Made by a program: the position numbers and the translations under genes. From positions 1,459 through 65,458 of the forward strand of contig JAMFSL010000219.1 of the NCBI GenBank assembly GCA_026225275.1: a stretch of DNA of 64,000 nt, given 5' to 3'. This DNA comes from Puia dinghuensis (GTDB lineage: Bacteria; Bacteroidota; Bacteroidia; Chitinophagales; Chitinophagaceae). Position 1 is the first letter of the stretch, and each line of letters begins with the position of its first letter. Below, piece by piece: positions 10,471 through 19,477 of the stretch. The notes under the pieces were generated by a model. It did not search any database, was not told the DNA's origin, and worked only from the letters and a program-made list of their open reading frames with translations.

Positions 10471-13400
10471 ATGAACAAGATCATGAAGGGGATCCTCGCG
10501 TTTTCCCTAAAGAATAAGTACTTTATATTTTTCGCTACCCTATTACTGGTGATCTACGGGGTCATCACCTTCAAGAACATGCCCATCGAGGCCTTTCCGG
10601 ACGTCACCAACACCGAAATTACCATCATCACCCAGTGGCCGGGCCGTAGCGCCGAAGAAGTGGAGAAATTTGTGACCATTCCCATCGAGCTGGCGATGAA
10701 TCCGGTGCAGCGGAAGACCAGTCTTCGTTCGACCACCATCTTCGGGCTTTCCGTCGTCAAGCTGATCTTCGATGACGATGTCCAGGACACCTACGCGCGG
10801 CAGCAGGTCAATAACCTATTGCACGATGCGGATCTGCCGGACAATGTGGACCCGGATGTCCAGCCGCCCACTGGGCCGACGGGTGAAGTCTACCGGTACA
10901 CGCTGGAAAGTACCTTTCGTGATGCCCGCGAGCTGAAGACCATGCAGGATTGGGTCGTCGAACGTAACCTGCGTGCCATTCCAGGCGTTGCCGACGTCGT
11001 CAGTTTCGGCGGATTGGTCAAGACCTACGAAGTGCGTGTCAACCCCCAGATCCTGACCAATCTGGACATTACTCCGCTGGATGTCTATACCGCTATCGGC
11101 AAGAGCAATATCAACATCGGCGGCGATATCATTAAAAAGAATTCGCAGGCCTACGTCGTCAGAGGCATCGGTCTGATCAACAATATCAATGAGATCGGCA
11201 ATATCATCGTGGAGATCAACAACGGGACGCCGGTACTGGTGAAAAATCTGGCGGATGTAAGCATATCCAACCAGCCACGGCTGGGCGAAGTGGGCAGAAC
11301 GGACGCCATCGACTCCGGTGGTCATCGGCGGCTCGTCGACAATCCCGATGCGGTGGAGGGGATCGTGCTGATGCGCAAGGGGGAGAATCCGGATCATGTG
11401 ATCAAGGGATTGAAAGAGGCCGTCGAAAAGCTGAACACCCGGGTGCTGCCTGCGGATACCAAACTGGTGCCTTTTTACAACCGCGAAGACCTGATCCATT
11501 ATGCGACCCACACCGTGCTGCATAACCTGGTGGAAGGTATTTTGCTGGTGACGCTGATCGTCTCCCTGTTCATGTTCAACTGGCGTACGACCCTGATCGT
11601 GTCCATCATCATTCCGCTGTCACTGCTCTTCTCCTTTATTTGTCTCCATCTGATGGGAATGTCCGCCAACCTGTTGTCGCTGGGGGCCATCGACTTCGGC
11701 ATCATCATCGACGGCGCCGTGGTCATGGTGGAAGGGCTGTTTGTGCAGATGGATCACAAGGTGCATGACGTGGGGATGGAACGGTTCAACAAGTTATCCA
11801 AGCTGGGTATGATCCGGAAAAGAGGCGCCGAACTGGGAAAAGCGATCTTTTTTACCAAGTTGATCATCATCACTGCCCTGCTGCCGATCTTCTCCTTTCA
11901 GAAAGTGGAAGGAAAGATGTTCTCTCCATTGGCGTATACACTGGGCTTCGCCCTGCTGGGCGCGCTGATCTTTACGCTGACGCTGGTCCCGGTACTGGCC
12001 AGTGTGCTGCTGAGGAAGAATGTCAAGGAGAAGCGAAATCCCATCGTGCATGTCATAACGGGAGGAATCATGCGCGGTTTCCGCTGGGTATTCCGTCACA
12101 AGCGGCTTTCCCTGGCCGTGGCACTGGTCGGCGTGGTGGGTGGTTTTTATTGTTTCCGTTTTCTCGGGTCAGAATTTTTGCCAGAGCTCAATGAAGGTTC
12201 CATCTGGGTGCGGGCCACACTACCCTACAGCATTTCACTGGATACGTCGGTAGCCAAGGCACGCGAAATGCAGGCCATCATGATGCAATTCCCGCAGGTA
12301 CGCCGGATCATGTGCCAGACCGGCCGGCCGGATGACGGGACGGATGTGGCTGGTTTTTACAACAATGAATTCGGGGTCACACTGTATCCCGAGGAAGAAT
12401 GGTCGCCGAAGATCACCAAGGACGAGCTGATCGATGAGATGAGCAAGGCATTGTCCATCATTCCGGGGGTGGACTATAATTTCTCGCAACCGATCATGGA
12501 CAATGTGGAAGAAGCTGTTTCGGGTGTAAAGGGGTCCATCTGCGTCAAGATCTATGGGGATTCGCTGAACTATATGGAGGACCAGTCCGTGAAGGTGTAC
12601 AATATCCTAAAGAAGGTGGCGGGCATCGAAGATCTGGGGGTCATCCGGAACCTGGGTCAGCCAGAGCTGGATATCGATCTCGACCAGGAAAAGATGGGTC
12701 TCTACGGCGTCTCGACGGCGGATGCCAATGCCGTGATTGAAATGGCCATCGGCGGCAAGGCCGTCAGCCAGCTCTATGAGGGAATCCGCAAATTCGATAT
12801 CAGGATCCGATTTCCCGAGCAATTCCGGGCCACCCAGGACGATATTGGCAACCTGCTGGTGCCGACACAAAGCGGGTCCAAAGTACCCATTAAGGAGATC
12901 GCCGGGATCACGCAGTCTACCGGTCCCTGCCTGATCTTCAGGGACGACAATCAGCGCTATTCAGCCGTCAAGTTCTCCATTCGCGGCCGGGACATGGGCA
13001 GCGCTATCGCGGAGGCGCAAATAAAAGTCGACCAGGCCGTACAGTTGAAGAAGGGCTACTCCATGGTGTGGCAGGGCGATTTTGAAAACCAGCAGCGGGC
13101 CTCCAAAAGGCTGGCAGAGGTCGTTCCGATCAGTCTGTTGCTGATCTTTCTCCTGCTCTTCGTGATGTTCGGCAATCTGAAGGATGCGGGGTTGGTGTTC
13201 CTGAATGTGCCCTTTGCGGTGGTCGGAGGTATCCTGGCGTTACTGATCACGGGGACTAATTTTAGTATTTCGGCAGGAATAGGATTCATCGCATTGTTCG
13301 GCATTTGTATCCTCGAAGGCGTATTGCTGATCACGGCCTTTAAGCGAAACCTCGACCACATTACTCATAGCGAGAGTCCGTTGTATACTTCCATCCGATT

Positions 13401-13638
13401 GGGCGTGAACGAGCTTATCAGACCCGTGATGATGACAGCGCTGATGGCGACCATCGGATTGCTGCCGGCTGCCATTTCCAGCGGCATCGGGTCGGAAAGT
13501 TCGCGTCCTTTGGCGCGGGTGGTGATCGGCGGGCTGATCTGCGCTACGCTGTTCTCGCTGCTGATCTTTCCGTTGGTTTTCTTTCTGTCGTATCGCAAGA
13601 TGGATACACGGCATCAGCAGGAAGAGGAGAAAGGTTAA
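10471..13638 (+). CDS. Second CzcA/CusA-family HME-RND transporter (orphan paralog with no adaptor or OMF of its own)
   Basis: 1055 aa. 48 of its first 60 residues are identical to the 3203..6391 product (hand count). It has the same DFGIIIDGAVVMVEG motif. Confidence 0.9.
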   Translation: MNKIMKGILAFSLKNKYFIFFATLLLVIYGVITFKNMPIEAFPDVTNTEITIITQWPGRSAEEVEKFVTIPIELAMNPVQRKTSLRSTTIFGLSVVKLIFDDDVQDTYARQQVNNLLHDADLPDNVDPDVQPPTGPTGEVYRYTLESTFRDARELKTMQDWVVERNLRAIPGVADVVSFGGLVKTYEVRVNPQILTNLDITPLDVYTAIGKSNINIGGDIIKKNSQAYVVRGIGLINNINEIGNIIVEINNGTPVLVKNLADVSISNQPRLGEVGRTDAIDSGGHRRLVDNPDAVEGIVLMRKGENPDHVIKGLKEAVEKLNTRVLPADTKLVPFYNREDLIHYATHTVLHNLVEGILLVTLIVSLFMFNWRTTLIVSIIIPLSLLFSFICLHLMGMSANLLSLGAIDFGIIIDGAVVMVEGLFVQMDHKVHDVGMERFNKLSKLGMIRKRGAELGKAIFFTKLIIITALLPIFSFQKVEGKMFSPLAYTLGFALLGALIFTLTLVPVLASVLLRKNVKEKRNPIVHVITGGIMRGFRWVFRHKRLSLAVALVGVVGGFYCFRFLGSEFLPELNEGSIWVRATLPYSISLDTSVAKAREMQAIMMQFPQVRRIMCQTGRPDDGTDVAGFYNNEFGVTLYPEEEWSPKITKDELIDEMSKALSIIPGVDYNFSQPIMDNVEEAVSGVKGSICVKIYGDSLNYMEDQSVKVYNILKKVAGIEDLGVIRNLGQPELDIDLDQEKMGLYGVSTADANAVIEMAIGGKAVSQLYEGIRKFDIRIRFPEQFRATQDDIGNLLVPTQSGSKVPIKEIAGITQSTGPCLIFRDDNQRYSAVKFSIRGRDMGSAIAEAQIKVDQAVQLKKGYSMVWQGDFENQQRASKRLAEVVPISLLLIFLLLFVMFGNLKDAGLVFLNVPFAVVGGILALLITGTNFSISAGIGFIALFGICILEGVLLITAFKRNLDHITHSESPLYTSIRLGVNELIRPVMMTALMATIGLLPAAISSGIGSESSRPLARVVIGGLICATLFSLLIFPLVFFLSYRKMDTRHQQEEEKG

Positions 13639-13661
13639 TAATATTGTTGCGGTTCATTCGT

Positions 13662-13669
13662 TAGATTTG
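13662..13669 (+). promoter_or_regulatory. Candidate -7 box TAGATTTG
   Basis: It matches TAnnTTTG 27 nt upstream of the ATG at 13696. TTG triplets lie at 13645-13650 in a plausible -33 position. Confidence 0.3.
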
Positions 13670-13695
13670 CGGACCGCTAAAAAGGTCTTCTGGCT

Positions 13696-14238
13696 ATGGA
13701 AATAAGTTCTACGTTGTTTATTGTCGCGATCGTCTTTGCCCTGTTGCTCGCCGGTATCCTGGCTTGGCTTTTCATCAAACAACGCCTGCAGATGAAAGAG
13801 GCGGAGAAGAAATTTGCCGCGGATCGCCAACAGCCGGTGGCTGACGGGCTTCCTTCGCGGCAGTTACAACTCCAGGCATATGAACGGCTCATTCTGCTGA
13901 CCGATCGTATTGCGTTGCCCAACCTGATCCAACGGGCCAACCAGCCGGGGCTCAGCGCCCGCGAGATGCAATCTTTGCTGACCCTCAGTATCCGTCAGGA
14001 ATTCGAACACAATATCACCCAGCAGTTGTATGTCAGTCCCGAAGCCTGGGATGCTGTCCGCAACTATAAGGACCAGAATCTGCTGATCGTTAACCAGGTG
14101 GGTTCGTTCCTCCCTGAAGGGGCTGGAGGCAGCGACCTTAATCGTCAGTTGCTGGATCTGCTGATGCAGAATCCCAAGGCTTCGTTACAATCCGTGGTAT
14201 CGGAAGCGTTGAGCTATGAAGCGAAGAAATTGCTTTAG
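13696..14238 (+). CDS. Hypothetical N-terminally membrane-anchored protein
   Basis: 180 aa with a single N-terminal TM helix (LFIVAIVFALLLAGILAWLFI) and normal codon composition. I recognise no family. Confidence 0.5.
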   Translation: MEISSTLFIVAIVFALLLAGILAWLFIKQRLQMKEAEKKFAADRQQPVADGLPSRQLQLQAYERLILLTDRIALPNLIQRANQPGLSAREMQSLLTLSIRQEFEHNITQQLYVSPEAWDAVRNYKDQNLLIVNQVGSFLPEGAGGSDLNRQLLDLLMQNPKASLQSVVSEALSYEAKKLL

Positions 14239-15362
14239 TAAATGAATTCGCGGCTGGTCCTGACGCCTGCACCTGACAGGGTCAATATATAGATGCCATG
14301 CGCATGTGTTCCGAAAGACAGGTCCTGCGTCAGATCTCCGGCCTGTTCCTGAACTACCTGCCGATATATCATCTTTCCATCTGTCGACCAGATATTCAGC
14401 TGATAAGTGCCGGTTGCGGCGAAGTGCAACAGTGTCCTGAGGTCTCCGCCTTCCGCTGCAACACTGCGAATTCCTGTCTCACCGCCGGTTGAGGACAGAT
14501 TGACGACTATCGTAGGCGACCAGTTGCTGTTGCCATTCGGCTGTTGCGCCATGATCCGGTAATAGACTGCAGAAACCGCAGGCGGCGATGCATCCTTGTA
14601 CTGGAAGGCTGTCTGGCCGGAACCGGTCAGTTGATCGATTTCCGAGAAATTCGTTGCGTCTATGGAGCGCTCTACAACATAATTTGTCCCATCGGCAAAG
14701 CCTGAGGCTTGCCATTGCAGGTCGACCGCGCCAGCAGTGGGGGTTCCGATAAGCTCCAGGGTTTGAAGAGCCAGCGTAGTGGGAGGCGTCTGGCCCTGGA
14801 TATTGATAGCATCCGTCACTACGCGACTTGAGCCACCGGTTGAAACCTGTGCATTATAACCATACAACCGGAAGGTCACGGTTGAAGCAATAGATTGAAA
14901 AGCTGTGGGGAGTGTCACCGGGACCGTCTGATAGCTCGTTGTGAGGGTGCCGGTTTCCAGATCGGTGGAATAGCCATCCAGACTGGATCGGAGGCTCCAG
15001 CTTTGGGGGCCGGCTCCTGAGGTACCCGTCGTGCTGCGCCGGATGGTCAGGGTGACCGTATTCAGTTGCAGGAAATAGCCTGCACCGGCGGTGATGACAA
15101 ATTGAAAATAGGCGTTGGGATCGATGGTAGTGGTGGTAGGCCAGCCGCTCTGACCGAAAAATTCAACGGCGCCATTATATTCAGTGGTGTCGATATCCGG
15201 GCCGATGGTAATGTTGCTGGCGGTGAGTTTTGCTCCGCCGGCATAGGTAATGATCTGGTCATTGTTGAATGTCCAGCCGACAATGGTCTGTGCCCACGTT
15301 CCGGAAACCGGCAGGAGGCAAACGATCAACAGGGTTAGGGGCGACAGGGTGGACGTTTTCAT
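14235..15362 (-). CDS. Secreted protein with a T9SS (Por) C-terminal sorting domain
   Basis: 375 aa with a signal peptide (LLIVCLLPVSGTWAQ) and a beta-rich Thr/Gly-rich body. The C-terminal roughly 80 aa look like a T9SS CTD (GTYQLNIWSTDGKMIYRQ...HGIYILTLSGAGVRTSREFIY). Confidence 0.65.
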   Translation of the reverse strand: MKTSTLSPLTLLIVCLLPVSGTWAQTIVGWTFNNDQIITYAGGAKLTASNITIGPDIDTTEYNGAVEFFGQSGWPTTTTIDPNAYFQFVITAGAGYFLQLNTVTLTIRRSTTGTSGAGPQSWSLRSSLDGYSTDLETGTLTTSYQTVPVTLPTAFQSIASTVTFRLYGYNAQVSTGGSSRVVTDAINIQGQTPPTTLALQTLELIGTPTAGAVDLQWQASGFADGTNYVVERSIDATNFSEIDQLTGSGQTAFQYKDASPPAVSAVYYRIMAQQPNGNSNWSPTIVVNLSSTGGETGIRSVAAEGGDLRTLLHFAATGTYQLNIWSTDGKMIYRQVVQEQAGDLTQDLSFGTHAHGIYILTLSGAGVRTSREFIY

Positions 15363-15512
15363 AACATTAGATTATCACCTGCCAAGGGGCAAAAGCACTG
15401 CCACTTGTGCAATACTTTGACAATCAAATATTTGAACGATAGGTGCTTGTACTTGTTTTTCCCAAATCCGGATGGGCATTCCCGGTACGGGGATTTTTCC
15501 CGATCGATAATA

Positions 15513-15553
15513 CTTCTTTGGGAATATTCTATAGTGCTTCTTTGGGAATATTC
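15513..15553. repeat. Direct repeat CTTCTTTGGGAATATTC x2 (24-nt period) spanning the stop codon of the 15529..16188 gene
   Basis: Positions 15513-15529 and 15537-15553 are identical 17-mers. Confidence 0.9.
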
Positions 15554-16188
15554 ATAGATCGTTCTATGCGCAATTGTTCTTCCAGGTCATCGATGATCAG
15601 CTGGCGGGCATCGAGTTGCTGGCGGGCCTGGTCATAGAGCATTTCCAGTGTTGCGAGTGCGGCTTTATCCGGGGCAGCCTCCAGCAGCTCCTGGTAGCGG
15701 CGTTCTAACCGATTGAGCTCTTCTTTCAGCAGCGCGTATCGTTGATCGGCCTGGTCTCTGTATTGCTCATATTTCGCTTTCATCCAAAGGATTCCCTGGT
15801 AAATATCGTCTCTGCCTTTCCATTCGGTGACACTGTCGGTGATACGCTCTTTCGCCCATTGGTCATTATCGGCAGGAATACGCTGAGCTGGAGGTGTGTC
15901 AGGATTATCTATCGGGTGTTCATCAGGAACTCCTTCCCGGTACGATAGTGAATCACCCGCTCCGGAGGATATCGGTCCGGGGGATATCGGTTCGGGTTCC
16001 ATGGCATTGTTCCGGGCGTCGTCCAGGCCTTCGATGGACAGCTGCCAGCCGGCAGGGTCCAGCATTCTTCGCCGGTAATGGAGCCAGGTCGTGACGAGGA
16101 GTGAAATAATGATCAATGGAACGCAAATCCACAGTATGATGCGGAGATATTGTCCTAGTTCATACAGGTCGATGGTCGATAAATGCAT
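15529..16188 (-). CDS. Hypothetical membrane-anchored coiled-coil protein
   Basis: 219 aa with one TM helix (ILWICVPLIIISLLVTTWL), a Pro/Asp-rich linker and a C-terminal coiled-coil-like segment (YALLKEELNRLERRYQELLE). Confidence 0.5.
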   Translation of the reverse strand: MHLSTIDLYELGQYLRIILWICVPLIIISLLVTTWLHYRRRMLDPAGWQLSIEGLDDARNNAMEPEPISPGPISSGAGDSLSYREGVPDEHPIDNPDTPPAQRIPADNDQWAKERITDSVTEWKGRDDIYQGILWMKAKYEQYRDQADQRYALLKEELNRLERRYQELLEAAPDKAALATLEMLYDQARQQLDARQLIIDDLEEQLRIERSMNIPKEAL

Positions 16189-16416
16189 GGCAGAGAGATT
16201 TTAGGTAGAAATGCTCCCGATTGACTGATAAGGATTTAGATTAGAAAAATGATGTCTGGCGGTAGTAAGGCGCGGATAATAAAAAAGCAATATTCACGCC
16301 AAAAAAGCTGTTGTTGACCGACTCCCGGAAAGAGGGATTGCCGCCTACGTAAAAGCCCCCGGTGGCACAGGTTTTTAGCACAAATTTGGTATACCTAATT
16401 ATTAAAACGTCTAATC

Positions 16417-16830
16417 ATGAATCTATTTAAAAAAACGATCGCTTGCGCTACATTGGTCATAGCGCTTTTTTCCTTCTCGTCCAGCTACGCTCAGGGTGGT
16501 GGAATGAGAGGTGATACCGCTGCCATGCGTCAGCGGCAGGAGGCAATGCTTGCAAAGATGAAGACCGATTTGAATCTCACACAGGTTCAGGCCGACTCTA
16601 TGAAAGCCATCACAATGGAATTTAATCAGAAACGGCGTGATATCTTCATGGATCCCGCCAATCAGGGCCTGAGCCGGGAAGATCGGATGGCCAAGATGCA
16701 GCCCCTGACGGATGCGATGAATGCTCGCGTCCAGGCCGTTCTGGGATCCGATCTCTTTAAGAAGTACCAGGATTGGCAACAGGCGAATCGTCCGCAACGT
16801 GGCGGCGGTGGTGGCGGTGGAAATCGGTAA
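16417..16830 (+). CDS. Small periplasmic LTxxQ-motif (Spy/CpxP-like) protein with a poly-Gly tail
   Basis: 137 aa with a signal peptide (ACATLVIALFSFSSSYAQ), an LNLTQVQ motif, helical charged sequence and a C-terminal GGGGGGG run. Confidence 0.45.
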   Translation: MNLFKKTIACATLVIALFSFSSSYAQGGGMRGDTAAMRQRQEAMLAKMKTDLNLTQVQADSMKAITMEFNQKRRDIFMDPANQGLSREDRMAKMQPLTDAMNARVQAVLGSDLFKKYQDWQQANRPQRGGGGGGGNR

Positions 16831-16836
16831 AAAAGG

Positions 16837-16874
16837 AAGAGGCCGCCCTGAGGAAATGGGGCGGCCTCTTTTTT
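16837..16874. terminator. Rho-independent, probably bidirectional terminator between convergent genes
   Basis: It has a perfect 11-bp stem, AAGAGGCCGCC (16837-16847) with GGCGGCCTCTT (16860-16870). A T-run follows on the + strand and an A-run (16829-16834) precedes it. Confidence 0.75.
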
Positions 16875-16901
16875 ATCGTTGCTTTTTATTATTCTCTTTT
16901 G

Positions 16902-18575
16902 TTATTGCTTTTTTTGTTCCTTGACCCAGTTATCGCGAAGTGTGGAGGTCCGGTTAAAGATCAGCCGGTCTTCCGAGCTATCCTTATCGAGGTAAAAATA
17001 TCCTTTCCGCAGAAACTGATAATGTTCGTTGAATTTAACCTTTCGTAAGGCCGGTTCGGCATAGGCCACCGCTACGTTCAGCGAGTCCGGGTTGATATAC
17101 TCCTTGAAATCGCCATCTTCACTCGCCGGATCTTCGACCCGGAACAAGCGGTCATACAACCTTACTTCCGCGGTGATGGCATGGACGATACTGACCCAAT
17201 GGATGGTAGCCTGCACTTTGATATTGGACTCGGTCCCGCCGCTCTTGCTTTCGGGCAAGTAGGAACATTTCAACTCCGTTATTTTTCCTGTCTCATCTTT
17301 GACGACCTCTTCGCATTGGATGATATAGGCGCTCTTGAGCCGCACCTTCTGCCCCGGGGACAGGCGGAAGAATTTTTTCGGCGGATTTTCCATAAAGTCT
17401 TCCCGTTCGATATACAATTCCCGGCTGAAAGGCACCTGCCGGTGCGTAGTTGCAGGGTCTTCCGGGTTGTCTTCCACCGGCAACATTTCTTCTTCCCGGC
17501 CATAATTCGTCAGTACGATCTTCAGCGGATCGAAGACGACCATGCGGCGGGCGGCAATTTTATTCAGGTGTTCACGCACACAGAATTCCAGCAGCGATAC
17601 GTCGATCAGATTCTCCCGTTTCGCCACGCCGATCTTGTCGGCAAACATCCTGATACTTTCAGGAGTATACCCCCGCCGACGCAGGCCGGAGATAGTAGGC
17701 ATGCGGGGATCGTCCCAGCCGGTCACGTATCCCTCGTTGACCAATTGCAACAGCTTCCGTTTGCTCATCACTGTGTAGGTCATATTCAAGCGGGCGAATT
17801 CATATTGATGAGAAGGGAAAATAGCCAGCTTCTCTATGAACCAGTCGTACAGCGGGCGATGGGGAACGAACTCCAGCGTGCAGACAGAATGAGTAATGTG
17901 CTCGATCGAGTCGCTCTGGCCGTGGGCAAAGTCGTACATCGGGTAGATACACCAGGAATCGCCGGTGCGGTGATGGTGGGCATGTTTGATGCGGTACATG
18001 ATCGGGTCGCGGAGCTGCATATTCGGGGCGCTCATATCCACCCTGGCCCGCAGCACTTTTTCGCCGTCGCGGTATTTCCCGGCCCGCATGTCGCGGAAGA
18101 GCTGCAAATTTTCTTCCATGTTCCGGCTGCGGTATGGGCTGTCCGTCCCCGGCTCCGTTGGTGTCCCTTTCATCCGGGCTATCTCTTCGGCGCTGCTGTC
18201 GTCGACATAGGCCAGCCCCTTGCGGATAAGGTCTTCCGCAAAAGTGTATAGTTGTTCGAAATAATCGGATGCATAGAATTCATTCGCCCATTCGAAGCCG
18301 AGCCAGCGGATATCCTCTTTGATACCCTCTACGTATTCAGTATCTTCTGTGACGGGATTGGTATCGTCGAACCGGAGATTGGTTTTACCGCCATATTTCT
18401 GCGCAAGGCCAAAGTTCAGTACGATGGATTTGGAGTGACCTATGTGCAGGTAGCCGTTGGGTTCGGGGGGGAATCGCGTCAGAATCGACTTGTATTTGCC
18501 GGCGGCCAGATCTTCTTCGACGATCTCTTCCAGGAAGTTAAGGGACTTTTCTTCTTCTTTTTTGATGTCCGTCAT
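16902..18575 (-). CDS. glnS: Glutaminyl-tRNA synthetase
   Basis: 557 aa with the class I HIGH motif in RFPPEPNGYLHIGH, the KMSKS-like VMSKR, and GlnRS-typical NLRFDDTNP. Confidence 0.93.
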   Translation of the reverse strand: MTDIKKEEEKSLNFLEEIVEEDLAAGKYKSILTRFPPEPNGYLHIGHSKSIVLNFGLAQKYGGKTNLRFDDTNPVTEDTEYVEGIKEDIRWLGFEWANEFYASDYFEQLYTFAEDLIRKGLAYVDDSSAEEIARMKGTPTEPGTDSPYRSRNMEENLQLFRDMRAGKYRDGEKVLRARVDMSAPNMQLRDPIMYRIKHAHHHRTGDSWCIYPMYDFAHGQSDSIEHITHSVCTLEFVPHRPLYDWFIEKLAIFPSHQYEFARLNMTYTVMSKRKLLQLVNEGYVTGWDDPRMPTISGLRRRGYTPESIRMFADKIGVAKRENLIDVSLLEFCVREHLNKIAARRMVVFDPLKIVLTNYGREEEMLPVEDNPEDPATTHRQVPFSRELYIEREDFMENPPKKFFRLSPGQKVRLKSAYIIQCEEVVKDETGKITELKCSYLPESKSGGTESNIKVQATIHWVSIVHAITAEVRLYDRLFRVEDPASEDGDFKEYINPDSLNVAVAYAEPALRKVKFNEHYQFLRKGYFYLDKDSSEDRLIFNRTSTLRDNWVKEQKKQ

Positions 18576-18639
18576 ATGGTGGCAAAAATACGCTTTTGGG
18601 GGATGTCGGCCAAAGTCCCCTGGTTGCGGAGGATGCCTT

Positions 18640-19347
18640 TTACCGGACTGAGGAGTCTCGTTTGCCGAACAGGAGGCTGCCGATGCGTACCATATTACTG
18701 CCTTCTTCGATGGCGATGGGGTAATCGGCGCTCATGCCCATGGAGAGACGTGGGGGGTTGCCGGGAGCGATCATGGGGGTGCGGGGATCGGGGCGTGCGA
18801 TGGGGAAATATTGGTCGAAAAGCTTTTTTAGCTCCTTGAATTCGGCCCGCACGGCTGCGGGGTCTTCTGTAAAGGAGGCCATTCCCATCAAGCCATGGAC
18901 TCTAACATGGGAAAACGCGGCGGGGGTGCTGCGCACCATGCTCATTATGTCCGCCAGTTCGGCGGGGTCGAAGCCGAATTTTGTTTCTTCCCGGGCGATA
19001 TGGACCTGCAACAGTACATCCACTACCCTACCCTTCGCGCCGGCTTGTTTATCAATCTCTTTCAGCAGGCGGAGACTGTCTACCCCATGAATAAGATGGA
19101 CAAAAGAAATGATTTGTTTGACTTTATTGGACTGAAGGTGCCCGATGAAATGCCAACGGATATCGTTTGGCAACTGCCGCTGCTTTTCTGTCAGTTCCTG
19201 TACATAGTTCTCGCCGAAATCCCGCTGGCCCAGGTCATATAAGGCCTCGATATCGGCTGGCGGTTTGGTTTTGGAGACTGCCACCAACCGTATCCCAGGT
19301 CCTAGTTCCCTTAATACCCTATTATATATATCGACTTCTATTGCCAT
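18640..19347 (-). CDS. yggS: YggS-family pyridoxal-phosphate homeostasis protein
   Basis: 235 aa with VAVSKTKP (PLP lysine), HFIGHLQSNK and LSMGMSADY motifs. Confidence 0.85.
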   Translation of the reverse strand: MAIEVDIYNRVLRELGPGIRLVAVSKTKPPADIEALYDLGQRDFGENYVQELTEKQRQLPNDIRWHFIGHLQSNKVKQIISFVHLIHGVDSLRLLKEIDKQAGAKGRVVDVLLQVHIAREETKFGFDPAELADIMSMVRSTPAAFSHVRVHGLMGMASFTEDPAAVRAEFKELKKLFDQYFPIARPDPRTPMIAPGNPPRLSMGMSADYPIAIEEGSNMVRIGSLLFGKRDSSVR

Positions 19348-19433
19348 GTGTTATAATCCTGTGAAAATGGTCCAGCGCGAATATAGTTATACGGGCGGTA
19401 ATCGTTACTATTTGATCGCAAGCTAAATCGATT

Positions 19434-19441
19434 TAACTTTG
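19434..19441 (+). promoter_or_regulatory. Candidate -7 box TAACTTTG
   Basis: It matches TAnnTTTG 37 nt upstream of the ATG at 19478, in the divergent yggS/barrel intergenic region. Confidence 0.25.
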
Positions 19442-19477
19442 TATCCGACTTATCCCCAACTTAAAATCTCGTAGACA

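Noticed and set aside
17181-18251. A 356-aa + strand ORF inside glnS
   Set aside because: It is an antisense shadow of an unmistakable GlnRS gene, and its composition is Arg/His/Gly-rich and junk-like.
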